From: Macrostomum lignano
Lineage: Eukaryota
Direction of reading: 5' to 3'
Length of the DNA: 64,000 nucleotides
Assembly (NCBI GenBank): GCA_002269645.1
Contig: NIVC01000227.1
Span: 637,525-701,524 of the forward strand
A program made the position numbers and the translations under genes. Numbering within the stretch: position 1 is the first letter of the stretch; the number at the start of each line of letters is the position of its first letter. Below the pieces are notes generated by a model that made no database searches, was not told the origin of the DNA, and saw nothing but the letters and a program-made list of their open reading frames with translations. Below are positions 22,821 through 34,970 of the stretch, one piece after another.

Positions 22821-23357
22821 ATCGTTAAACAGTTCATCATAGTCAGCACACTTCTATTTAGTATCGAAATACATGCGATATAACGTTTTCCTAATCTTTC
22901 ATATAGTCTCATGGGTGGGGTGGCTAGATAATCCCGAAGCAAAATAATTAACTAATTGAATTTGCTCCCAGATAGCAAGATTGATCCCCGTGTCACCATG
23001 TAGAGCTGGCATCATAACTATAGCATGTGGATAATGTTTCAATACGTACTGTATGTGCGCTCGAAGCGGCAGTTATTAAAACCCAGAGATTTCCGTGGAG
23101 TAAAACAACTGATTGGTACGCCTGATATTCTTAGAAATGGGCTGCTCATTTTAGGAATTACCATAGACAAATTCGGTGGAGAAAAGTACAGTACGTCGAT
23201 AGCTGTTCATGAGGTCAATAAGGGATTGACGATTAAGGGCGTCGACTTATACAAGTCGATCACTACAATACTGGTGTTTCTTGTAAAATTGCACACTACT
23301 ATATGCCGTAGCGTCTACTATGAGTAGATTACTGATGCACCATTTTTTAAAATAGTA

Positions 23358-24050
23358 GATTTGGCGCTACTTTTGTGTGTAGCTTTGGCGCCTCTTGTGA
23401 GTAGCTTTGGCGCCACTTTTGTGATTAGCTTTGGCGCCACTTTTGTGAGTAGCTTTGGCGCCTCTTGTGAGTAGCTTTGGCGCCACTTTTGTGATTAGCT
23501 TTGGCGCCACTTTTGTGATTAGCTTTGGCGCCACTTTTGTGAATAGCTTTGGCGCCACTTTTGTGAATAGCTTTGGCGCCACTTTGGTGATTAGCTTTGG
23601 CGCCACTTTTGTGAATAGCTTTGGCGCCACTTTTGTGATTAGCTTTGGCGCCACTTTTGTGATTAGCTTTGGCGCCACTTTTGTGAATAGCTTTGGCGCC
23701 ACTTTTGTGATTAGCTTTGGCGCCACTTTGGTGATTAGCTTTGGCGCCACTTTTGTGAATAGCTTTGGCGCCACTTTTGTGAGTAGCTTTTGCGCCTCTT
23801 GTGAGTAGCTTTGGCGCCACTTTTGTGTGTAGCTTTGGCGCCACTTTTGTGATTAGCTTTGGCGCCACTTTTGTGAATAGCTTTGGCGCCACTTTTGTGA
23901 GTAGCTTTTGCGCCTCTTGTGAGTAGCTTTGGCGCCACTTTTGTGATTAGCTTTGGCGCCACTTTTGTGAGTAGCTTTGGCGCCTCTTGTAAGTAGCTTT
24001 GGCGCCACTTTTGAGTAGCTTTGGCGCCTCTTGTAAGTAGCTTTGGCGCC
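23358..24050. repeat. 24-bp minisatellite (tagctttggcgccacttttgtga(t/a/g))n with 22-bp variants
   Basis: Direct periodicity. Confidence 0.95.
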
Positions 24051-25171
24051 CAAGCCTAAAATTTCTAATTGCTATAAACCCTCAGCTATATTTGAATGTT
24101 GCCTTCGAATACCTTAGGAATCCAGCAGTCATTAAGGAGTTCCTCTGAGTCAAGAGAAAATTCAAAAGAAAACACTCCCCAAGAAACACACTCAAGAGCG
24201 AAATGAAGAAAAAGTCGTGAGCAGAGAAGATGGAGCTCACTGAAATACTTTGTATTAGTAGGCGCAGGCTGGGTTTTTTCAAGCACACGGACTACTTTTC
24301 ATGTTGAGTGCCTTCTTCCCAGTAACAATCCTACATTCAAGGTTCAAAGGGGGCTAATGAAGCACGCCGAACGTTGCAAGTAAAGTACACATATTATATA
24401 TATATCCTAAAATTACTGCTTGGCACGAGTAGATGAGCCTACGTGCTCAAGTTTGTGTAAAATGAGGCAATGGAGGTATCACATGGCTTACATGACATGG
24501 CATGGATATGCAGTGTAGATGCAGATCGAACGGGCACACGCCTGTTCAAAAAAAATACTAAAGACAACAATCTTTAAAGGTGACAATTTTGCTTGCATTT
24601 ATTATTACTATTATTATGATTATATCATGTTGAAACATATTACTATAACTCTAATACATGTTACACATTAGTCTGCAGCTGTATATATCAATATTTACGG
24701 TTTCTTCTACAAAGGGGATCGCGGTCGAACGCAATCCGCGCGGTGCTCAAATAGATTAAAGAAGACAGCGCGATTGACGGTAAAGCCGTAGGGGGGGGGG
24801 CGATACAAAAGTGAAAATGAGTTCATATTTTATGCTTTGTACACCTATTTTACACCTGTTATAATTTTGTCTTCTGCTTTGGCGTTGGGCCCTATTTGTA
24901 TGTACGAGCGCAGTCTGACTATGCCAATATGACCTATGTGAGAAAATAGAAAAACAAAAAAGAAAATAAGAAACGTTTCTTAAAACATTCTCTCGGATGT
25001 GCCTTTAAGAAAGGAGACAAATGGATGGATGGATCATGAATTATGAATTGCTATTTTTGCAGTGCAACTGAAAAAAGACGGAAAAATGGATTCGGCGCGA
25101 GATAGCAGTTATCCAGACTCCCAATCGTCGAAGTTAAAATTTTATTTCAATTTGTTTCAATTTCAATTTCA

Positions 25172-27687
25172 AAGCTTGTAGAGACTACGAGCAAGCAATT
25201 TAATCAAAGATAGCCATAAAACATGCATTTTGAGCCTCAATGCTAGTTGTCCATGCCATGGTAAAAATTGTGTCAAACCGGCAGGCCATTTAATCCTTGG
25301 AGCAATCATTTAAGCACTGAAATCCATAGACAGCGCTGTCTATGCCGTTCCAATCTCAGTTTTTTAACATGTCAGACGAAAGTGACCAAAGCCAGCACCA
25401 TTTTTTAAGACATCGACGGAATCGCTGCCGAAGATGCCGGAAAGTAAAAACTTTTCTGTCGTGTGTTTCTTGCCCCGGGTGAACGTCTATGGTCTCAGTG
25501 TAAATTTAATTTATTTGCATCGAAATAGCAGTTGCACAGTGAAATAAACCATTTATTTGCACCGATGCAAATAAATGAAATTTACACTGAGACCATAGAC
25601 GTTCGCCCGGGGCAAGTGGGGGATACATGAAAAGGCCGAGCAAGATAGTGCTTAAATTTAATCCCCGCTTTGGCCCGGCCAGCTGCCTTTCTCCTCTGTG
25701 TATTTTCATTTCTTGGACTCCAAGAAATAATTTTCTATGGCTAAAAAACATTCTTTCAAATGAGTTGAGACTCCCATCAGGCGTTTCTTGGAGGCCAAGA
25801 AATAATTGTCTATGGTAGAAACACAAAGATGCTGTTATACTTTTGAAACAAGACCGGTTTCACAACACTGAATAGCAACAAATGGGGATCGAAAGTGAAA
25901 AATCTAACAACGGGCAGTCTTGTATCAAGAGGGTGTCAGAGGGAGTCAGCGAAGGAAAGAGGATGAAACTAATCAAAGTGGAACACCACTCTGTTGCTGT
26001 CTCCAAAAGCCTCCATCCAGAGGAGGCAAGGGCACTTGCACCTGCGTCGCAGTCACCCGAGACTCACTCACCGGTTGGCCGGTTGAGGAACCACTCAACA
26101 GTGCACTCGTGCGTTTCTCCATGGTCACCGAGGTACCGATGTACTTCTCCACTGCACTGGAGCTGTGGCCAGTCACACGGCAGATATCCGCCCGTTCCAT
26201 ACCAGCCTCGCGGAGACGGGTTGCGCAACTCTTACGGAGACTCTGATTCGAGTAGCGTCCAGTGTCAGAGGGAGCAACCACGGCGTCCTTGACGACGGTT
26301 GCCAATGAATGACGTCCAATCGGTGCCCTTGTCAACCAGGCAGATCCAGGCTGGCCATTCCAGTTTCGATTCCATCCCAGAAACAGCGCCTCGTTGCACT
26401 CATTAGGACGCACAGAGACGTACTGCTTGTAGACGCACAAAATGCATTTTTGGTGATTCTCAGTGTGGAAAGCACGAACGACTTTGGGGTCCCTTCGTAG
26501 TCCTTGTAAGCCGCCCTGATGAGTTTTGGTCACGGCATTGTCCACATACTTCAGACACTCTTCATCGTCAACCGTCTCAAGCTTGATTTGGCGATCGAAC
26601 AGCAGATCTCGTAACTCCTGGCCACCACGCAATGCAAAGTGTTCGCCAACGAGCCAAACAAGCGTGATCACCAGCATCTTGGGTTCCTTCACTCCAAGCA
26701 CACCTTCGATCTAAAGCTTCTCTTCAATAGACTCGGGGATCACATCTGCCTTCCGCAATCCTGCACCCTTTCCAGCCTTGGTCGAGATTTTCATGGCGGT
26801 ATCTAGAGCACGTTTACTGTCGGCGAACTCTTTGTCAAGCCAGAAGCTCCAATTCTTATTGAACGTGTTTTGCCAGTGATACTGTAGCATTGAATACAGA
26901 TCCTTCAGCGTCGACACAGAGTAGCGCTCACCATCTTTGTTCCGGGCCTCCATAACAAAAAATTTCAGCAGGTAATTCAGGTCACATTTGCTAGCATCCT
27001 CCAGCTCAGCGAGAACCATAAGTGACGGGCCTTCACCCATCGCCCAGGCACGCTTCTTCTCGTCATGCCACTCGCGGAAGACGGAAAAGGCCCACTGCGC
27101 CTTTTTCTTGGTGGTCTTCGGCACGGTCTCTTCAATGTGTCTGGCAATTTCATTCTCTGAAAGTTGCTCGAACCGGCCGGTGAGAGCGGCTTCAATAGGT
27201 CCAGCGTTATCCCCGGGCTTCAGGATGAAATCCAGTAGGTCCGGCGAAATCTCCATATCCGGGGCTTCAACAACGACAGCAGCAGAGATGTCACCCATAT
27301 TCGGTACCAAGCTACACACAACTGAAGCTTTTCTGATCTTACACAGAATATTCGGCTTTATAGAGCTTTATAGCCAATAGTCTATGGCCGAGGCTTAGTC
27401 TCATTTCCTCCCGCTGGCTGCGGCAATTAAATATAATCCCCACTTGATTTCGTTGTCTATGGCCTAGAACGACTTCGGACTGCGCTTCTAGGCCTCGGCT
27501 TCGCCTTAGCCGTTCCTAGGCCAAAGAAACGAAATCAAGTGGAGATTATCTTATACGAGTGCTCCAAGGATTAAATTGCCTGCCGGTTTGACACACTTTT
27601 TACCATAGACGACTAGCATTGAGGCTCAAAATGCATGTGTTTTTGCTATCTTGGATTAAATTGCTTGCTCGTAGTCTCTACTAGCTT
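25172..27687 (-). mobile_element. Crypton-type tyrosine-recombinase transposon, copy 2, with long subterminal inverted repeats
   Basis: IR arms are 25178-25303 and 27561-27681 (about 90% identical by hand alignment). Immediately outside them are the 6-mers aagctt (25172-25177) and tagctt (27682-27687). The element encloses a YR ORF. Confidence 0.85.
25973..27298 (-). pseudogene. Crypton/DUF3504-family tyrosine recombinase with a single in-frame nonsense codon
   Basis: The two ORFs are in the same frame, separated only by TAG at 26711-26713 (EEKL*IEGVLG, where the family usually has W). Motifs: VPKTTKKKAQWAFSVFREW, KFFVMEARNKDGERYSVSTL, HFALRGGQELRDL (R), NQSLR (HxxR with H>Q), TGHSSSAVEKY (H, Y). 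Confidence 0.9.
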
Positions 27688-28185
27688 GCAAAATGCTATA
27701 GTTTGTCGAGAAACTCCCTATGAAGCTAACCACCAGCATGGAATCAACCAGCATCACTTTGAATTTAACTTCTGTTCCCCGGCGAGCAGAGTTGAGAAAC
27801 ATAATTTTTCAAGTATTGGCGCGTCTGTGTAGAGTTTATACACTGGCTCGAGAAAGCAGGAAGTTTGCTCGAGCTCGCAGACAGGAAAACTGACGAGGCC
27901 ACCGCTACATGCAGTGTGTGTTGAGTGCGTGCGTGTGCTTGCCGGCTGAGCAGACTCGTGTATACCGACTGACTTTCGGGCTGCACTATTGAAGCTAGTC
28001 TTTATAAAAACTGGTCATACACGCTCTCGTTAATCATTGGTGACGTAGTTCAAGAACTTCTTGCTCATGAACAACTAAAGTAAAATAATCCTTACACTCG
28101 ATTTGCTTAGAAGATCGGATTTGTTTAGAGCGGATTTTACCTTATCGAATTTGTCTATGGGCAAATCCCCTACAGCGTTGTCTAG

Positions 28186-28987
28186 AGCATACCAAAGACA
28201 ACTTGATAACTCAGGACCGGAAACGAGCCAATTCATGGTGAAAAAAGTATGAGGCTCGTTCAACCCCTACACTGCTGGTTGGGATTCTATTCACCAGCGT
28301 AGCTTGTGGAATGGCCTGCAGAGCAGGCCATAGACTATTTCAGCATATTTTTGACACAGCCGTAGCCTGCGATAGCAGGCGGATTAGCTTATACTCGTAG
28401 CAATAAAGGATAAACATGAAAGCAAAAAACAAGCTGGAGTGGGGTGCAGATGGACGGGTGGGTGGGTATAAATGACACAGTAAAATTGTGGGATTCATCA
28501 AATCAAGAAAGCTTGAAGCTACATGATAAAAGTCAAGTGCCAATTATTTAACGGAATCATCGATCAGCAGCTTTATTTAGTGCAATAATTTCTAAGTATC
28601 GGACAGTGTTTGTCATGGCTGCTCAAGTGCATTTTGATCCGGATACCGACTCCGAACTAGAGGAGGAGGAAGGCTGGCTAACAGCGGATGAGGGTGAAGA
28701 TGAAGAAGACGAGGACCTGCATCTCCAGCCAAATGAAGACGCCTTTAAGTATAAGATGGAAGGAAGCGTTGTGCGAAGGATGTGGTAAGAAGATGGCTGC
28801 CACTAACCTGGCACGCCACAGAAAGATCTGCCAAAACTGACCGGACCGGCCCGTGACGGGACGGCGCGCCTATGCCGCAAGGCGATAAAAAGGCGAGAAG
28901 AAGAAGAAGAAGAATGAAGACGCCGGAGGCTTGCCAAATGATTGGCTCGTTTCCGGTCCTGAGTTATCAAGTTGTCCTTGGAGCATA
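28186..28987. mobile_element. Non-autonomous Crypton-like element: 6-bp direct cores + 41-bp inverted repeats
   Basis: AGCATA at 28186-28191 and 28982-28987 in direct orientation. Immediately inside are IRs at 28192-28232 and 28941-28981 (40/41 identical). An internal CCATAGAC lies at 28328. Confidence 0.75.
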
Positions 28988-29729
28988 CTAAATGCACTGC
29001 AGGTGATACGAGAAATATAAACAAGAATCGCCTGATACGAAGAGATTCTGTATGGCTCATCTCCTAGTATCAGGCGATTCAATTTGTATGTAATCCACGG
29101 CATGTGCGACCCGAATATAATGCCTTATCTCCGCTAGCCATGTCTATGGCGTTGCTTTGTCTATGGTAGCGGAGTTACGCTACTGATTATCTCCGCTCAT
29201 TTAACACTGGGGGAATAGACGAGGCGCACGTAGGCAAAGTGGATCACATGACGTTCATTTATAAGAAAATCGAGAGTAGCCTTCGTCTACTTCAAGGTCA
29301 ACTTTCGACGAAAGAAAGTACAAAACCACCCAGATAAGGAATTTTCAGTTTGATTAGAAACCAACCCCCTGGTATCCTGGAATGCTACGTTGTCAAGGGG
29401 AATTACACCTATGGCAGTGTACAATCTCTTCATTGAGTATTAACTATATCTCAGCGTTATTACACAACAATCTGTGATTAAACTAAAGTACCTCAAGTAC
29501 GACTTTAGTAGGACAGAAACTTTGTTTCTTAGAAAATATTTAATAGCTGGCTTATACAAAAATACACTACCGAGATAGAAGTTTTCCGGGTTTTTGTCAG
29601 CACAAAATAACGTAATTGTATTTTCTGCATTAAGCCAGTCTTCAACCATTTTCTAAGAAACAAAGTTTCCCACCCCGCTAAAATCATCCTTGGACTCACT
29701 GAGTGCAACGCTTAAAAAACACTTGAAGG

Positions 29730-30356
29730 TCAGGCCAGGCCTCTCTGATGACCGCAGCAGCAACCGACGTTGAGTCGCCAGTTGCTGCGAATGAGCACGC
29801 CAGCCATGAAGGCGGACGGAGCCCCGACGCAGAAGCTGGCGATGGTTGACACTCCCAGCAGTGCCAGGGTGCCCGGATCGCAGGCTGCCAGATTCCAGCT
29901 GGCCGTGATGTAGAACACGCTGAAGGTGCACGTGTTGAGCAGGATTAGACCGGCTGCTGACGCCAGCACGGACCGGATCGCGGCTGTGCTGAGCAGGTGC
30001 TCAGGAGCTCGGTGCATCATCAGACAGTGGAAGGCCAGGTAGAGGCTTAAACAGGCATTAATCAAGCCCAAGCCGTGCTTGAACCGAGTGCAGCCGTCGA
30101 TAATGTTCACCAGCTCGGTCCCGGCCGCTAGGCAGCCTTGCGCAGTCAGCAGGAAACCCGACGCGAGTGCCTTCAACAGGTCCGGCGGCTTGGCTGCCTT
30201 GGCGTCGGACTGTTGCTTCTCCTGCTGCTGCTGTTGTTGCTGCTGCTGATGCTGAGAGCTGATAGCAACTGGCGTGGAAGCCGGAGCAACAGCCGATCTG
30301 CCTGAATGAGGCAGCTGCTGCAGGCTGCTTATGATAGTGCTCATTAGACTGCTCAT
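29730..30356 (-). CDS. Uncharacterised membrane protein (about 208 aa; polyQ N-terminus, about 4 TM helices)
   Basis: GC-rich codon usage like the other genes here. It starts MSSLMSTII, has a polyQ tract, four hydrophobic segments and a CCC near the C-terminus. No family was recognised. Confidence 0.55.
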   Translation of the reverse strand: MSSLMSTIISSLQQLPHSGRSAVAPASTPVAISSQHQQQQQQQQQEKQQSDAKAAKPPDLLKALASGFLLTAQGCLAAGTELVNIIDGCTRFKHGLGLINACLSLYLAFHCLMMHRAPEHLLSTAAIRSVLASAAGLILLNTCTFSVFYITASWNLAACDPGTLALLGVSTIASFCVGAPSAFMAGVLIRSNWRLNVGCCCGHQRGLA

Positions 30357-30804
30357 CGGGGTGGCGCAATGAATTGCGAGGAGGCAAATTCGAACCCTCC
30401 TTAAATTAGGCAGGCGCGGACAGTGCGAGGGAAGAGCTGGGAACCCACTGCTCAAGGGGATTGGCTTGGAGAGGCCAGAAATCCCCGGCCACGCAGAGCC
30501 AAGAGGAATTGAGCAGTTAAGTACCAATTGGAATGAAATTAACTGAAATGAACGTCATAACTAGATCGAGACATCGGCATTCACCAGCTGGTTACAAAAA
30601 GTTAAACTGATTATCTTGATCCTTGATTTTGTGCATTATCAGGAAAAACATATTTAAAAGCCTGTGCACCAGTGAAGTATGCGGTGGGTACATGCAAATA
30701 TACGAGCTGGAAAGTCTCAGTTCTTATCTCGACAATAATTGATGTAGACACGTCCTGGGCCTCCCCACTAACTCTTGCGCACCCTCCCTTCCTCCCTTGC
30801 GCCC

Positions 30805-31125
30805 CCGTGATGACTCATGCTTATCACCCACCCCAATCCCCCGCGCACCCACCCCACCTTTCTATTGTTCGAAATCACTCATGCGTGTGACAGTTTTATG
30901 ACCCCTATCTCACCAAGCTTTTTCCCGCCCGTTACGCAATCCCCCCATCATAAATCATTTTTCTCCGCTGCAACTCACCTAAATTTCTTGTCCAATCACA
31001 GCGCGGCTGGCGGATGACGTCATCAGGGTTGCTTGGTAGCGGAAGTCAAGGACAGGTCACGCTCACGTGATTGCGTGACGCGTGATCTCAGGGCTATAAA
31101 TAGGAGCCCTCTTTGAGCCCAGTGG
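30805..31125 (+). promoter_or_regulatory. Pol II promoter/enhancer-like cassette (AP-1, C/EBP-like, CCAAT, CRE, ETS, E-box, TATA)
   Basis: TGACTCA 30811, TTACGCAA 30932, CCAAT 30992, TGACGTCA 31015, CGGAAGT about 31040, CACGTG 31064, gggcTATAAATAgg 31095. Motif matches only. Confidence 0.55.
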
Positions 31126-32610
31126 CAACCGTCGGCTCCGGGGGACTCAGTACTCGAACCGGAGCCTTCCTGCCAGCGCGATCCGCGAGTTCCGCCCGCA
31201 TCCCACGACTCGTTCCCGCGTACTCCAATCATCCCCTCTGAAGTTCTACAAGCTAATCTCTCCCCCCCCCCTAGGACCAAGCTAATTTCCCCTAAACACT
31301 TTGATTGCTCCCAGATCCAGATCCTCAGGATCTTCCCCATAGACATCCGCTAACTGTTCTCCCCTCCATCATTTGCGACCTCCCCTAACGTCCAACCCAA
31401 TCCAAGACTTCTGGTCATCACGTTGAGGCGCTGACTGCAGCCGTCACCGTGACCACCTGACGACCACCGCGCCAAGCAGTCCTGCCGTGTCTGTTAAGGT
31501 ATTTTCCTTTTTTGCGCTGTCCTTGTGTATGGTCAGCCAGGTCTCCACTCCTATAGCTTACCATCTTTAAATATTAATTCTCAATCTATCACACTTTGAT
31601 AATTAACCGATTTTTTGTGCCAAGTTCACAGGGCCAGAAATTTAGGGCAATAGCCATTCAAAACTGTTCGCTTCGGTCTATTTTCTCATCTGCCATAAAT
31701 CGTGGCATGAAGTGCGAGTAGGGAGTGCACCTGTCGCGGGGCATGGGATAGAAGCTGAGGATCAGAGTGCAAAATCACCGAGTATGAGCCAAATACATCC
31801 AAATAATCATAGCAGTAACAGTGTTTCTAAGTAAATCCCTGTAAGATTGCACCATGAGAGAGCTCTGGCACTTCCAAATCCCCTGCTGCATCGAATCCAT
31901 CTAGGAGGAAAGACATTAGAATGGCGTTACCTATTATCTACCCTTGAGATCCTGGGGCTTAGGAGGGAATCTTAGTCTAATCTAAACCGCTCACCAGCTA
32001 AAAAGACTATGCAAAAGTGCACTGACTAGACTGTCCTTGTATGCCTCGCATAGAGTCCCTTAAACCAGCCATTTCTACGAGCTACTGTAGCACACTTGGG
32101 GTCAAGAACCTTAGTCTGCTATAGACCGGGAGTTCCCGTTTCGTTAGTGGGAGTTCTTATCGGGTGTACTCCTGCAAAGATAACTGGTTAGCGGCCAAGC
32201 CTTTAGCGTATACCTTCAAACAACTCGGACCCGCTGTCTAGATAATGGGATCTTAGCTGGAACGTCAGCTACCGCACCATCCAGAGGTGGACAAAGTCTA
32301 AGGGACGAGGCCTGGTGGCTGTACCTTTCAGCGTCAGAGCCCAGGTGTTGCACAAGTGTTTTCATGCAGCCCGGGTTACGTCATTATCACTTCTCCCTTT
32401 CTCGTGCGTCGCTTGCGAAGCCATTTCAGTATTTTCTTAAGTTGTTCGATTGTAAATTAGCGTAGCAGCTTCTAGGTGTTTCATTCGTGTCATTGAACTA
32501 AAACTTCTCTTAGCTTGATTGACTTTTTATCCACAGAGAAGGATTTAACAGCTGGCTTGGCTTGCAGTGTGTGGGAGAGTGCGGCTTGGAATTGCGAGCT
32601 GTCTTGACTC

Positions 32611-33192
32611 CATTGTCAATGGCCGAGTGCAGTTCTGTGGCAGTGGCTTTGATCGGCTTTATTGTCTATGGCCGAGTGCAGTTCTGTAGAAGTGGCTATA
32701 TTGTCTATGGCCGAGTGCAGTTCTGTAGAAGTGGCTATATTGTCTATGGCCGAGTGCAGTTCTGTAGAAGTGGCTATATTGTCTATGACCGAGTGCAGTT
32801 CTGTAGAAGTGGCTATATTGTCTATGACCGAGTGCAGTTCTGTAGAAGTGGCTATATTGTCTATGACCGAGTGCAGTTCTGTAGAAGTGGCTATATTGTC
32901 TATGGCCGAGTGCAGTTCTGTGGAAGTGGCTATATTGTCTATGACCGAGTGCAGTTCTGTAGAAGTGGCTATATTGTCTATGGCCAGTGCAGTTCTGTAG
33001 AAGTGGCTATATTGTCTATGGCCGAGTGCAGTTCTGTGGAAGTGGCTATATTGTCTATGACCGAGTGCAGTTCTGTAGAAGTGGCTATATTGTCTATGGC
33101 CGAGTGCAGTTCTGTAGAAGTGACTATATTGTCTATGACCGAGTGCAGTTCTGTAGAAGTGACTAGTTATTATCGATGGCTGAGTGCAGTTC
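32611..33192. repeat. 39-bp minisatellite (attgtctatggccgagtgcagttctgtagaagtggctat)n, about 15 copies
   Basis: Direct periodicity. Each unit carries GTCTATGG or GTCTATGA. Confidence 0.95.
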
Positions 33193-34211
33193 AACTAAAC
33201 TGATAAACACAATACTTTTTAAAGCGATTTTTATGCGTTATGAAAATTTGAGCCTAAGTGCCCCCCCCACCCGCAGCCAACCATATTATGAAGTGTCATG
33301 AGCACTGTACTGGGTCTAGAAGTTGCATAGTTGAAAGTTTCTGTCTTTGTGTCGTCAAAATTCGCGTGAGTCTAGCTGCGACTCTTCAGGCTCGTTCGTG
33401 CAGCCGCCTGCCTATCTCGCCAATTCAACTGTCATTCGAGATACTGTATAAGCAAAAGCATTCATACAGCTAGTTAGATAAATTTCCTTCTATGCTTTGT
33501 TTAACCTTGCCTGCGGTAAAAACAGATTGTTAGCTACTAGTGCTCTCAATTTTAACTGTCTTATTTTTGTGTAAGCTGAGAACGCACTCACTCAGCCTGT
33601 CTAGCCATGCATGCTAGCTTGTAGACGAGTCAAAAAAATACACACAAGAAGACTAAAACGAATAGGATGACCAAGGTACCGATGAAATTTCCCAAAGGCA
33701 GAGCACATGGGAGGGGGGCACACCCAAACGTACAGGAGCTGCTCTGGCCAGCATCAGATAATCCCTGTTGACGAAGTGAGGTGAGCGAGGCTCTCATGGG
33801 CTCTGGGGACACCTATGCGGTCTGCTCTTGCCCTTATGCCTATCCGAGCGAAAATGTTCAACGCCTAAGGTGGAAGAAAAGCAAATTTCCTGTTCAAAGC
33901 TGTGCAACGTCTCCTATAACCCCCTCCGCCTTAGTCAACTCTGTCCTACCATCATAAATTTCAGCGCACCTCTTGTAATTAGCTTTCTCACACCTTAGCA
34001 GCTCTTGGCCAGTAATTACGAGTATCACCTTTGAGCAGGCCCCTTGAACTGTCACAAGGGGGGGGGGTCAATCCGAATAAAAACTATTTCTTGAGAGAGA
34101 CTTCAGACCAGATTATTCTCCACTCGATCCGTTTCCTATTCTCTGATTTAAATTTTTTAAAATCTGGATAAACCCAGTTTCTTTTCAAGCAGCGCTGCAC
34201 ACAGACGGATC

Positions 34212-34970
34212 ATAAATTAGTGAAGCATATTGGGGATAAACTAGTAAAGCATATTGGGGATAAATTAGTTATGCATATTGGGGATAAACTAGGGAAGCAT
34301 ATTGGGGATAAATTAGGGAAGCATATTCGGGATAAATTAGTGAAGCATATTGGGGATAAATTAGGGAAGCATATTTGGGGATAAATTAGTGAAGCATATT
34401 GGGGATAAATTAGTTATGCATATTGGGGATAAATTAGTTATGCATTTTGGGGATAAAAGTTAGTGAAGCATATTGGGGATAAATTAGGGAAGCATATTGG
34501 GGATAAATTAGGGAAGCATATTGGGGATAATAGGGAAGCATATTTGGGGATAAATTAAGAAAGTAAGAATATTGGGGATAAATTAGGGTAGCATATTGGG
34601 GATAAATTAGGGAAGCATATTCGGGATAAATTAGTGAAGCATATTGGGGATAAATTAGGGAAGCATATTTGGGGATAAATTAGTGAAGCATATTGGGGAT
34701 AAATTAGTTATGCATATTGGGGATAAATTAGTTATGCATTTTGGGGATAAAAGTTAGTGAAGCATATTGGGGATAAATTAGGGAAGCATATTGGGGATAA
34801 ATTAGGGAAGCATATTGGGGATAATAGGGAAGCATATTTGGGGATAAATTAAGAAAGTAAGAATATTGGGGATAAATTAGGGTAGCATATTGGGGATAAA
34901 TTAGGGAAGCATACTGGGGATAAATCAGGGTAGCATATTGGGGATAAATTAGGGAAGCATATTGGGGATA
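34212..34970. repeat. 24-bp minisatellite (gcatattggggataaattagggaa)n with a ~294-bp block duplication
   Basis: Direct periodicity. The variant block at 34321 recurs at 34615. Confidence 0.95.
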
